From positions 1-36,497 of the IMG/VR virus record IMGVR_UViG_3300024042_000039: 36,497 bases of DNA. The stretch is one strand, 5' to 3'. Both the position numbers and the translations under genes were made by a program. The stretch comes from a virus. Taxonomy: Duplodnaviria; Caudoviricetes. Shown here piece after piece: positions 19,316-28,187 of this stretch. A model generated the notes under the pieces. That model saw nothing but the letters and a program-made list of their open reading frames with translations. It made no database searches and had not been told where the DNA came from. How positions within the stretch are numbered: the first letter of the stretch is position 1; each line of letters opens with the position of its first letter.

Positions 19316-19356
19316 CGCTGTACCCATCAACCCCATCCATCCTAGAGAGGCCACCC

Positions 19357-19713
19357 ATGAACACCACACCCACCCAAACCCCCGATGACTTTAGCGCCGC
19401 AGAACAGCGCCAGGCGCCGAATGCCGACGTGCGCGAAGTCACGCTTGATGTGCCCATCAAACGCCCTGGCGGCGACCTGTGCAAAGTGCTGGTGCGGCGC
19501 CCCAACGCGGGCGCGCTGCGCGGCCTGTCGCTGGTGGAGCTGCTGCACATGAACGTGACGGCACTGCAAACCATCCTGCCACGCATCACCGAGCCCATGA
19601 TTCATAAGCAGGAGGTAGCGCAGATCGACCCCGCCGACCTCGTGGCCCTGGGTACGGAGGTGGCCGCTTTTTTGGTGCCGAAAGCGCAGCGGGAGGAATT
19701 CCAGAGCGCGTAG
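19357..19713 (+). CDS. E: tail assembly chaperone gpE
   Basis: LDVPIKR, GALRGLSL, LPRIT.P, DPADL. Confidence 0.92.
   Translation: MNTTPTQTPDDFSAAEQRQAPNADVREVTLDVPIKRPGGDLCKVLVRRPNAGALRGLSLVELLHMNVTALQTILPRITEPMIHKQEVAQIDPADLVALGTEVAAFLVPKAQREEFQSA
19668..19674 (+). other. -1 programmed frameshift site producing gpE+E'
   Basis: TTTTTTG near the end of E, as in P2; the -1 frame is open into E'. Confidence 0.8.
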
Positions 19714-19721
19714 AGGACGCC

Positions 19722-19838
19722 ATGGCCGACCTGGCCATGGTGTTCCACTGGCGGCCCGCAGACATGGCAGACATGGGCGTGGCCGAGCTGATGGAGTGGC
19801 GCGAACGTGCGCGCGAGCGCTACGAGCCGCAGGACTGA
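19722..19838 (+). CDS. E': gpE' frameshift extension (not in ORF track)
   Basis: MADLAMVFHWRPADMADMGVAELMEWRERARERYEPQD matches the P2 GpE' pattern. Confidence 0.88.
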   Translation: MADLAMVFHWRPADMADMGVAELMEWRERARERYEPQD

Positions 19839-19880
19839 ACCGGCACCAGCGCCACGCAAACGACTGTGCAACAATGAACC

Positions 19881-20105
19881 ATGCTCAACGCTCTTGCCCT
19901 TGTCCTGCTCGCCCTTGTGGCGCTGTGGGCGCTGTGCGCCCTGCTGTTGCCCGCCGGGCTGCTGGCCTGGGCGCGTTCGGGCACCTCGGCCGACCTGGCC
20001 AAGGCCGAGCAGCAGCTCGACGAATCCGACGCGCTGCTGGCCCAGGCCCAGGCGCTGCAGGCCCGCGCCAATGCTGGCCGCTCGCAGCCGCTGCGCAGCA
20101 TCTAA
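19881..20105 (+). CDS. small membrane protein inserted between E' and T
   Basis: Long hydrophobic N-terminus then helical tail; TG-C-AACAAT 5 nt before ATG. Confidence 0.6.
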   Translation: MLNALALVLLALVALWALCALLLPAGLLAWARSGTSADLAKAEQQLDESDALLAQAQALQARANAGRSQPLRSI

Positions 20106-20153
20106 CCCCACACCGCACCGCCACCGCACACGCTGCAGGCCATGGAGGCAACC

Positions 20154-22754
20154 ATGGCCGCTGACAACATGCGCCTGCGCGTGGTGCTCGATCTTGTCGA
20201 GCGCGTGGTGGCGCCCCTCAAGCGCATCAGCACCGGCAGCACCGATGCCGCGAAATCCCTCAAGGCCACACGCGACCGCCTCAAGGAACTGAACCAGCAG
20301 CAGGCCATGGTGGGCGACTGGCGCACCCTGCGCACCGGCCTGGCCGACACCGCCGCCAAGCTGACAGAGGCCCAGGCCAAGGTGGCACAGCTTGCGCGCA
20401 CCCTGCATGCCAACGGGCCACCCACGCGCGCCATGGAGCGGGACTTTGCCCGCGCCAGGCGCGAGGCCGAGTCGCTGGGACAGCAGCACGAACGCCAGGC
20501 ACAGCAGGTGCAGCAGCTGCGCGAGAAACTGCGTGCTGCAGGCATCAGCACGCGCGACATGAGCACCCATGAACGCGGGCTGCGCCAGAACATCGCCGCG
20601 ACGACAGCGGAAATAGGCCGGCAGAACGCCGCCTTGCGCGCCCAGGCAGACCACCAGCGCAAGCTGGCCGCGCTGCGCGAGCAGCACGCCAAGGCCATGG
20701 TGCACACCGGCATGGCCGTGGGCGCGGGCGTGGCCATGCAGGCAGCGGGCAAGCGAGGCGTGCAGATGGGCATGGGGCCTGTGCGCAACTATTCCGCGCA
20801 CCAGGACCACATGCTGGGCATTGCCCGCCAGGTGGAGGGAGCACGCGACGACGCGGGCAACCTGACGCCGGTGTATCGGGCCATCGAGGAACAGATTCGC
20901 GGCCTGAGCCACCGCATACCGCTGGCCACCACGGCCATCACCGACATGGTGACGGCCGCCGCCCGCATGGAGGTGCCCACCGACAAGCTGGCCGAGTTCA
21001 CGCTCATGGCGTCGGAAATGGCGACGGCGTTTGATGCTGTGCCGGATCAAATCACCGAGTCCATGGGCAAGGTGGCCAAGAACTTCAAGATACCGCTGAC
21101 CGAGATTCGCGGCCTTGCGGACTCGATCAACTACCTTGACGACAACGCCATCAGCAAGGGCGCGGACATCATCGACTTCCTGAACCGCACCAGCGGCGTG
21201 GTATCCACGGTGGCCATGAAGGCGCAGGATGCAGCCGCACTGGGCTCCACGCTGCTGACACTGGGCGAGCGCGCGGAAACAGCCAGCACTGCGGCGAACG
21301 CCATCGTGCAGAATTTCGCTGCAGCCACCAAGGGGACAAAGAAGTTCAAGGCCGCGATGGACGAAATTGGGCTTGCGCCAGGTGCCATCCAGAAGGGCAT
21401 GGCCACCGATGCCACGGCCACTTTATTGAAGGTGGTGGACTCCATCGGAAAGCTGCCAGAGGAAAAGCGCATTGGCGTGATGGTTGAGCTGGTTGGCAAG
21501 GAACACAGTGACACCCTCGCCAAGCTGGTGGACAAGCCCGAGGAACTGCGCCGCCAGCTCGACCTGACCAACGCCCAGAAGGCCCAGGGCTCGATGGCGC
21601 GCGAGGCCGCAGCACGCAACGCCACGCTGTCGGCCCAGTGGCAGATGGCGAAGAACCGCGCATTCAACCTCAGTGCAGTGGTGGGCGAATCGCTGGAACC
21701 TGCCCTGCTGGCGTTGATGAACATCATGAATCCGCTGCTGGAGAAGTTCACCGCGTTCGTGGGCGAGCACCGGCAGCTTGTGGGCTGGGTGCTGGGGGCC
21801 TTCGTGGGGGTGTCGGCGCTGATTGCCGTGTTGGGCGCGCTGCTGGTGCCGCTGGCACTGATCGCGGGCAAGGCCATGCTGGTGCGCTTTCTGTTCCGCT
21901 GGATGCTGGCAACCTTCATGGGTGCGCCAGCCGCCACGGGCGCCGCCGCCGCAGGCATGGGCCTGCTGTACCGGGTGGGCTTTGCGCTGGGCCGGGCTTT
22001 TGCTCTGCTGCGCATGGGGGCCGTGTGGCTGCTGTCGGGCCTGCGGGTGCTGGCGATGTTCATGATCGCAAACCCCATCGTCGCGGCGCTGCTGCTGATG
22101 GCCACGGCGGCCTACATGGTGTGGCGCAACTGGGATGGCATAAAGGGCGGGCTGCTGGCAATCTGGCAGCAGCTGGGTGCCACCGCTGGCGCCATGTGGG
22201 ACCAGGCATCAGCGGGTGCCGCAGCACTGTGGCAAACCCTGCTGAACGCAAAAAACCAGTTCTTCCAGGCGGGCTCTGACCTGATGCAGGGGCTGGTGGA
22301 CGGCATCACAAGCCGGGCCATGGCGGTGCGCGATGCCGTGGCGGGCATGGCCGACGCTGTGGGCGCATGGTTCCGCGAAAAGCTGGGCATTGCCAGCCCG
22401 TCGCGCGTGTTCATGCAGTACGGCGGATGGATTGCCGAGGGCGCGGCCATTGGCATGCAGGGCGGCCAGGGCGCCGTGCGCACAGCCGCGCTGGCGCTGG
22501 CCACCACGGCCACCGCCGCCGCGCCGGGCATGGCGGGCCAGGGGCCGGTGCGGTTTGACAGCCGCCCACCGCTGCAGGCCGCAGCGCCACAGGCGCCCGC
22601 GCCCATGGGGGCGGGGGCCAGCTACAGCATCACCATCAACCCGGCACCGGGCATGGACCCGCAGGCGATTGCGCGGGCCGTGTCGGCCGAGCTGGACCGG
22701 CGCGAACGCGCCAAGCGCTCGCGCGTGCTTTCGCAGCTGTCGGACATTGACTAG
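20154..22754 (+). CDS. T: tail tape measure protein gpT
   Basis: Ala-rich helical protein, INYLDDN core, LGIASPSRVF, PGMDPQAIARAV; GGAGG SD. Confidence 0.94.
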   Translation: MAADNMRLRVVLDLVERVVAPLKRISTGSTDAAKSLKATRDRLKELNQQQAMVGDWRTLRTGLADTAAKLTEAQAKVAQLARTLHANGPPTRAMERDFARARREAESLGQQHERQAQQVQQLREKLRAAGISTRDMSTHERGLRQNIAATTAEIGRQNAALRAQADHQRKLAALREQHAKAMVHTGMAVGAGVAMQAAGKRGVQMGMGPVRNYSAHQDHMLGIARQVEGARDDAGNLTPVYRAIEEQIRGLSHRIPLATTAITDMVTAAARMEVPTDKLAEFTLMASEMATAFDAVPDQITESMGKVAKNFKIPLTEIRGLADSINYLDDNAISKGADIIDFLNRTSGVVSTVAMKAQDAAALGSTLLTLGERAETASTAANAIVQNFAAATKGTKKFKAAMDEIGLAPGAIQKGMATDATATLLKVVDSIGKLPEEKRIGVMVELVGKEHSDTLAKLVDKPEELRRQLDLTNAQKAQGSMAREAAARNATLSAQWQMAKNRAFNLSAVVGESLEPALLALMNIMNPLLEKFTAFVGEHRQLVGWVLGAFVGVSALIAVLGALLVPLALIAGKAMLVRFLFRWMLATFMGAPAATGAAAAGMGLLYRVGFALGRAFALLRMGAVWLLSGLRVLAMFMIANPIVAALLLMATAAYMVWRNWDGIKGGLLAIWQQLGATAGAMWDQASAGAAALWQTLLNAKNQFFQAGSDLMQGLVDGITSRAMAVRDAVAGMADAVGAWFREKLGIASPSRVFMQYGGWIAEGAAIGMQGGQGAVRTAALALATTATAAAPGMAGQGPVRFDSRPPLQAAAPQAPAPMGAGASYSITINPAPGMDPQAIARAVSAELDRRERAKRSRVLSQLSDID

Positions 22755-22763
22755 GGGGAAGCC

Positions 22764-23216
22764 ATGCTGATGGCATTGGGGCAATTTGTGTTCGGCCTGG
22801 ACACGCTGGCATTCGACACGCTGCGCCGCGCCACGGCGTGGCGGCACCCGTCCAACTCGCGCGTGGGGGCCATGCCGGCGCGCCAGTCGCTGGGGCCGGG
22901 GGATGACACCATAACGCTCTCGGGCGTGCTGGCCCCGGAGTTCAAGGGCACGGCGCTGTCGCTGCTGCAGCTGCGCGACATGGCAGGCAGGGGCCAGGCT
23001 TACGCCCTGGTGTCGCTCGCAGGGGACATATTCGGCGCGTTCGTGATCGAGAACATCAACGAAACCGGAACCATCTTCGCGGCCGAAGGGCGGCCCCGGC
23101 GCATCGAGTTCGACCTGCAGCTGGCGCGCGTGGACGATGCGCGGGCAGACGGCGCAGGCGGCGTAGACCCCGGCGGCGGCACGGGCGATGACGATTGGTG
23201 GGAATGGTGGCTGTGA
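22764..23216 (+). CDS. U: tail protein gpU
   Basis: MLMALGQFVF, WRHPSNSRVG, ITLSG, PRRIEF. Confidence 0.94.
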   Translation: MLMALGQFVFGLDTLAFDTLRRATAWRHPSNSRVGAMPARQSLGPGDDTITLSGVLAPEFKGTALSLLQLRDMAGRGQAYALVSLAGDIFGAFVIENINETGTIFAAEGRPRRIEFDLQLARVDDARADGAGGVDPGGGTGDDDWWEWWL

Positions 23217-24220
23217 ACGTGAACGCCGAGCAGCCCTACAACGTGCCCACCTTCGAGCTGGTGGTGGCCGGGCGCAACATCACGCGCACGGTGAACTCGC
23301 GCCTGATCCGGCTCACGCTGGCCGAGTCGCGCGGGGACGAAGCCGACCAGCTGGACATAGAGATAGACGACAGCGACGGCAAGATGAACCTGCCCGCCAA
23401 GGGCGCAAAGATTGCGCTGCGCCTGGGCTGGCAGGGCTGGAACATGGTGGACAAGGGCGAGTTTGTGGTGGATGAGGTGGAGCACGCCGGGGCGCCCGAC
23501 CGCATCAGCATCCGCGCGCGTGCCGCTGACATGAAGCGCGAGCTGCGCGCACGTGCCGAGCACAGCTACCACGACACCACTCTGGGCGCCATCGTGCGCG
23601 ACGTGGCCCAGCGCAACGGGCTGCAGGCCAAGGTAGACCCCACGCTGGCCGACGTGCCCGTGGCCCACGTAGACCAGACCCACGAAAGCGACCTGCACTT
23701 TCTGACCCGGCTGGCCAAGCAGCACGATGCCGTGTGCACCGTGAAGAAGGGGCGGCTGGCGTTCATCCCCATCAACAGCGGCACCAACGCCGCCGGGCAG
23801 GCGCTGGAAGGCTGGACAATCACCCGCGCCGATGGCGACCAGCACCGCTACCACAGCGCCGAGCGCAACGCCTACAGCGGCGTGCGCGCCTACTGGAACG
23901 ACCAGGGTAAAGCCGAAAAGCGCAGCGTGCTGGTGGGCGAGGAAGACAACGAAAAGCGCCTGAAAGACACCTACGGCAGCGAGGCCGACGCCATGGCCGC
24001 CGCGCGTGCCGAAATGGGCCGCATAGAGCGCGGCAAGGCCACCATGGAAATGACGCTGGCGCTGGGCCAGCCGCTACTTATGCCGCAGACGCCCGTGCAG
24101 TTGCGGGGGTTCAAGCCGGAGATCGACGCCACGCCATGGCTGGTGGTGAAGGTCACCCATGAGCTGGGGGATGGGGGATTTACGTCGCGCATGGAGCTGG
24201 AAACGAAGCGCGAAGTGTGA
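23213..24220 (+). CDS. D: baseplate hub / late control protein gpD
   Basis: RGDEADQLDI, DQTHESD..FLTRLA, YSGVRAYW; start could also be 23204. Confidence 0.93.
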   Translation: MNVNAEQPYNVPTFELVVAGRNITRTVNSRLIRLTLAESRGDEADQLDIEIDDSDGKMNLPAKGAKIALRLGWQGWNMVDKGEFVVDEVEHAGAPDRISIRARAADMKRELRARAEHSYHDTTLGAIVRDVAQRNGLQAKVDPTLADVPVAHVDQTHESDLHFLTRLAKQHDAVCTVKKGRLAFIPINSGTNAAGQALEGWTITRADGDQHRYHSAERNAYSGVRAYWNDQGKAEKRSVLVGEEDNEKRLKDTYGSEADAMAAARAEMGRIERGKATMEMTLALGQPLLMPQTPVQLRGFKPEIDATPWLVVKVTHELGDGGFTSRMELETKREV

Positions 24221-24257
24221 TGACAAATTTTGATGTGTAGTAACGTGTAGTAGTCTG

Positions 24258-24285
24258 TTGTAGTTAGTAGCATCAATGGCACAAT
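24258..24285 (+). promoter_or_regulatory. putative sigma70 promoter of moron
   Basis: TTGTAG, 16 nt, TG-G-CACAAT extended -10 in an AT-rich spacer. Confidence 0.45.
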
Positions 24286-24353
24286 GCGTACTGCAGAGGC
24301 ACGTTTTTAGGCGTGCGAAACACACTAACGTTTTTTAGGTCAAGGAAAGTCGT

Positions 24354-24527
24354 ATGAAAAAAGCCACCGTGCTTTTGGACGGCATCCGCTACGCGGCTGC
24401 CGGGGCCGCTCTGGCCTCTGCTTTGGCGAACATCGCGTTCCAGCCAACTAACGCGCAAAACTGGGTGGCTGCGGCTGTCGGTTCCATCGCCATGCTGGTC
24501 TTGGTCAAAGCCCGCCACATGCTCTGA
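24354..24527 (+). CDS. small two-TM membrane protein (not in ORF track)
   Basis: AAGGAAAG SD; MKKATVLLDGIRYAAAGAALASALANIAFQPTNAQNWVAAAVGSIAMLVLVKARHML (57 aa). Confidence 0.65.
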   Translation: MKKATVLLDGIRYAAAGAALASALANIAFQPTNAQNWVAAAVGSIAMLVLVKARHML

Positions 24528-24528
24528 C

Positions 24529-24825
24529 ATGCCGCCTATCGACGGCAACCCAATCGACATCATCACCATCTGCGTAGCCTTCCTCTACGCTGCTTGGCGC
24601 GCCCTGCGGCATTCGCACAGCCGCACCATGGAAGGCTTCATCTCTGATCTGTCCTACGGGTTGAGCATCTTCCCGCTGGTGTTGCTGTCGTGCGTGGCCT
24701 TCTCCAGCAAGGCCAGCGAGGCCCTGATGCAAAGCAACAAGATCATCATGTCGATGGCCGGCGTGATTGCTTTAGTGGTCACTATCCGGCGCAGCTTTGA
24801 AAAACCCAAGGGCAACGGGTTTTAG
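24529..24825 (+). CDS. three-TM membrane protein
   Basis: Three hydrophobic segments; starts 1 nt after the previous stop. Confidence 0.72.
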   Translation: MPPIDGNPIDIITICVAFLYAAWRALRHSHSRTMEGFISDLSYGLSIFPLVLLSCVAFSSKASEALMQSNKIIMSMAGVIALVVTIRRSFEKPKGNGF

Positions 24826-25005
24826 TGACGTGTGGCCAAAACGGGCGGCCAAACCAGAAATTGCAGGGCAATCAAGCATATGAGGCGAGCATCGGCCGAT
24901 GCCTGGATCATTTCAGGCTTAGTTTTCTTGCGTTTGATGCTCGCCATCGGTGCACTGACGATGACTCTTGAAACTACATCCACCAAGCCAACTATTCGAC
25001 ATCAA

Positions 25006-25767
25006 TCACTGGGCCAGCTGGAAATTTTTTTGCACTCGGTCGTAGATGGCACTGACTTTAGGCCCCATTTGATTGGCGCCAATCTCAAGAAGCGCTAGAT
25101 GATGATGTCTGGGATCACGGCCATGATAGGACAACCTCCTCATAAGTAGAGCCAATAGAGATTTCCCGCGAAGATATCTTTTGTAATTTTTACTTATCTT
25201 CTCGTGCAGGTCAGCAGGGAATTCCTCCCCAGCCCGTAACGAAAGAAGTTCATCGTACATTTCTGGATTATCAAGTATTCTATTCGGATGAGTACGAATG
25301 GGCAATCGATCAGCCTGACCATTCAAATGACGATGCTGCGCCAATGAAAACCATTTCATAAATTTTTCAAGTTCATTTTTATAAATTGGTTTATCAATCT
25401 CAAAAAGCAAACCCTCAAAATCCATATCCAAAAAAACATCATTCTCTATTGAATAGCCGTGAGTAAAAACAAGCGATTCATCAAGCAAATCATCGGGAAT
25501 TCCAGTTAACACCCAACAGTCAGAGTCAGCTATATAAGAGACCTTTTTCCCGGAAAATTCATCGCGCCGCTTGAATAGCTCGATAACCTTTCCACGACCA
25601 CCGACGGGCAGTATCGACAAAAAATTACCCTGACTACATGTAAGCCTCTCAATCCCACGGTAAACAACAACATCATCATCCCCCTCGATTATCACAGTAG
25701 GGAGACTTGTTCTTTTGAGTGTTTGAATCAATTCATCTATTGATATTTCGCTGGCGGAGCTGAGCAT
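25006..25767 (-). CDS. ariB: DUF4435 / TOPRIM-like nuclease (PARIS AriB-like)
   Basis: VIIEGDDD, PVGGRGKV, IADSD, YSIEND motifs; 2 nt downstream of the ABC ATPase; AT-rich. Confidence 0.8.
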   Translation of the reverse strand: MLSSASEISIDELIQTLKRTSLPTVIIEGDDDVVVYRGIERLTCSQGNFLSILPVGGRGKVIELFKRRDEFSGKKVSYIADSDCWVLTGIPDDLLDESLVFTHGYSIENDVFLDMDFEGLLFEIDKPIYKNELEKFMKWFSLAQHRHLNGQADRLPIRTHPNRILDNPEMYDELLSLRAGEEFPADLHEKISKNYKRYLRGKSLLALLMRRLSYHGRDPRHHHLALLEIGANQMGPKVSAIYDRVQKNFQLAQ

Positions 25768-25769
25768 GA

Positions 25770-26903
25770 TTAATTAGCGCCTCCATCACCACGATCAGCG
25801 TCCATCATTAGCTCTTTTTCCGGATACTTGGAATAAATAAATGGCGAATGAGTTGCAACGATAAATTGATTTGATGTACCTTGACTTTGGAGTATGGGAA
25901 AGAGTTGCCTTTGCCAGTCAACGTGAAGACTTAGTTCTGGCTCATCAATAATAACAATCGCATCTTTGGCAAACGCGTTGTAGCAAATAAAAGATAGCAA
26001 CTGCTTTTCGCCTGCTGAGAGCTTATCAGAACTCACTGCAGTTGCAGCATCCCCAAAATTCAGGCGACCGTCAATTTTAATGCCAGAATGAGCAAAGAGA
26101 CGGCTTGCAAGTTTTTGAACTGCATTGATGGGACGAAGGAAAACGTCTCTTTCCCCCTCCATCCATTCGATTTTATTTTTTATTTTCTCAAGAAGATCGT
26201 TGGGTTCATAGAGAGAGGATGGACCATGAATATTATCATCTTTTCTTTGATATTGTTTTATATCCTCGATTACCTGCTGAGTTGTTTTTGCTTGCACTTG
26301 AGAGTAACTGTCCGTGAGATTTGTATATTGTCGCATTAACAAGCGCACAATATCAGCAGTGGATAATGATGCGACAAATTGATGATCTCCATTACTCAGC
26401 TTCTGTGAAAGCGCAGTTAGCGCGTCTTCCAATTCATTTTTTGCCCTTAATCTTCCCATGTGACTTCGAGCCGCGGCAATAGAGAAACCGCCCTCAATTC
26501 TCCGAAATGTCGGAAAAAAGATTGAACAACCGTAGCTAGCCAACTCTCGCCCCATGTCATCCAAATCCGATGTAAATGAGATTTCCCCATTTTCATCAAA
26601 ACTTGGCTCTTCATTGTAAGTGTAGGCATTTACCCTATCACCTTCCTTAAGCTCACCACGCGGGGTCGTGCCGCCCCAAATTTTCATTTCATATTTATCA
26701 GTGGTTAGCGCAAGCCACTCAAACTCCACCTCCTGGAGAGCCAACCCCAAGTTTCCACTAATTGCGTACCACATTAGCTTCAAAACGGTTGTTTTACCAC
26801 TACCGTTGCGGCCAGTAATGATATTCATATCCCTGTTCGGGAATATTTCAATAAATTTTTTCTCGCCATTCAGACCAAAAACAGAGAATTTCTTTATATA
26901 CAA
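25770..26903 (-). CDS. ariA: ABC-type AAA ATPase (PARIS AriA-like)
   Basis: Walker A GRNGSGKT, signature LSAGEKQ, Walker B IIDEPELSLH, ATHSP; likely TTG start at 26903 after GGGGTG. Confidence 0.82.
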   Translation of the reverse strand: MYIKKFSVFGLNGEKKFIEIFPNRDMNIITGRNGSGKTTVLKLMWYAISGNLGLALQEVEFEWLALTTDKYEMKIWGGTTPRGELKEGDRVNAYTYNEEPSFDENGEISFTSDLDDMGRELASYGCSIFFPTFRRIEGGFSIAAARSHMGRLRAKNELEDALTALSQKLSNGDHQFVASLSTADIVRLLMRQYTNLTDSYSQVQAKTTQQVIEDIKQYQRKDDNIHGPSSLYEPNDLLEKIKNKIEWMEGERDVFLRPINAVQKLASRLFAHSGIKIDGRLNFGDAATAVSSDKLSAGEKQLLSFICYNAFAKDAIVIIDEPELSLHVDWQRQLFPILQSQGTSNQFIVATHSPFIYSKYPEKELMMDADRGDGGAN

Positions 26904-26945
26904 AATAACACCCCAAATTGCAAAAATAGCATGTAAAACTAACGA

Positions 26946-27033
26946 CCATTCCACCCGCACACAGCCTGCCCGCAGATCCGCACCGGCAGCGCCCCGTCGA
27001 GCACGTCCGCCGTATTCACGCTCGGGTTGTCGC
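26946..27033 (-). pseudogene. degenerate copy of the cI 3' end
   Basis: 74/88 nt identical to 28201-28288; encodes DNPSVNTADVLDGALPVRICGQAVCGWNG versus cI DNPSVKTVDVLDGSQQVRICGRVVYGWNG. Confidence 0.9.
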
Positions 27034-27036
27034 GGC

Positions 27037-27192
27037 TTATTTGCGCCCGCCCACGTAACGCCCACCTTTGCCGCTGCTGCCTGTGCGGCCCTTGGCCTGT
27101 GCTTCGTGGGGAACGGAGGCCACCACGGCGGCAGCGAGGATGGCTGCGAAGAAGCCGCGACGGGTTGAGGTTGTGTGCACGGGATGTGTCAT
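27037..27192 (-). CDS. Tat-signal micro-protein (not in ORF track)
   Basis: MTHPVHTTSTRRGFFAAILAAAVVASVPHEAQA-KGRTGSSGKGGRYVGGRK (51 aa). Confidence 0.65.
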   Translation of the reverse strand: MTHPVHTTSTRRGFFAAILAAAVVASVPHEAQAKGRTGSSGKGGRYVGGRK

Positions 27193-27225
27193 CGTTGATG
27201 CCTAACTGGTTGATTCTTGGAGTTA

Positions 27226-27756
27226 TCAGTCCATCTTGACTGCCACCAGCTTCCAGCCCATTAGGCCGTCACGCTTGAAGATGAAACCGCCTGGCTGGTT
27301 CTTGGGATGAACGAACACCTTGGACCAACCTTGGTAGTCAACTGCAAAATCCTTGCGTGGCTGGCTGCCTTGGGTATCCACACCAACACCTGCTGCGGCC
27401 ACGTCGGCCGGCTTGCCGGGCTTGCCCTTTTCAAGCATCAGCATCACGCCTGCTGGGGAAACCAGCGTTTCCGTCATCTTGTCGACAAGCCCCATGGCCA
27501 GCACCTGCCCGAAGCCCGCAAACGGGTTGTTCTTCATTTCGGGGGACTTGTCCATTTCGGACTGCATCCTGACAAGCATTTGCCCCTTGATGCTTTCGCG
27601 CAGCGCAGGAAAGTCAACATATTCGGCGACGGTATCGGCGTCTTTGTTTTCTATGGCCTTGGAGATGCTGCGCAAGGCAAGGTATGGCGATGCGTACACG
27701 AGTCCGGCGGCAGCTACGCACACGGCTGCGGCGCCTGCGATGACCTTGGTTTTCAT
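27226..27756 (-). CDS. DUF2939-like membrane-anchored periplasmic protein
   Basis: N-terminal TM then YASPY.AL, YVDFPALRESIK, WKLVAV. Confidence 0.8.
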   Translation of the reverse strand: MKTKVIAGAAAVCVAAAGLVYASPYLALRSISKAIENKDADTVAEYVDFPALRESIKGQMLVRMQSEMDKSPEMKNNPFAGFGQVLAMGLVDKMTETLVSPAGVMLMLEKGKPGKPADVAAAGVGVDTQGSQPRKDFAVDYQGWSKVFVHPKNQPGGFIFKRDGLMGWKLVAVKMD

Positions 27757-27771
27757 ACGTCCCTCTCTTGA

Positions 27772-28170
27772 TCAATCCCAAAGCTGAATTAGCTTCTTTT
27801 CCGGGGTTGGCTTCGCTTGAGGGCGCGAGATGTATGCCTCAAGAGCGCGTGGATTGCGCTCATAGTCCACGCAAGGCACAGTTACCACCTTCTTGCGGGG
27901 GTCTTCGGGCGCTGCGTTGATGGGGCGCACCGTGACAAGCACGCTCGATGTTTCAGGCCAGCCAGCACGGGCCGCCATCGCTTTGTCGCACAAAGTGCGC
28001 GCCTGTAAATTGGCGCCGTCAAAGCTCGATTGATGAAACTCTCGCGGCAGCACGGCACCAGTGGCATCAACGCGCTGAATGTCCCAAGAAAGAACAGGCT
28101 CTCGACTGTGCGCGCTCCCCATCAGGGCGAGCGATGCACAGGCAATCGATAGAGAAAACCGAAAAATCAT
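27772..28170 (-). CDS. secreted hypothetical protein
   Basis: GGAGGGG SD before ATG 28170 (alternative 28191 overlaps the cI stop); signal peptide ending AHS. Confidence 0.65.
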   Translation of the reverse strand: MIFRFSLSIACASLALMGSAHSREPVLSWDIQRVDATGAVLPREFHQSSFDGANLQARTLCDKAMAARAGWPETSSVLVTVRPINAAPEDPRKKVVTVPCVDYERNPRALEAYISRPQAKPTPEKKLIQLWD

Positions 28171-28187
28171 TACCCCTCCGTTGCTAT

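Noticed and set aside
24824-24947. Short minus-strand ORF (MASIKRKKTKPEM..., about 41 aa) and plus ORF 24832..25098
   Set aside because: No clear SD or motif; the plus ORF overlaps the nuclease gene antisense
26904-27065. 54-aa N-terminal extension of the ATPase in the ORF track
   Set aside because: It runs through the cI relic and the Tat ORF end; ATPase-like sequence starts at TTG 26903 (MYIKKF)
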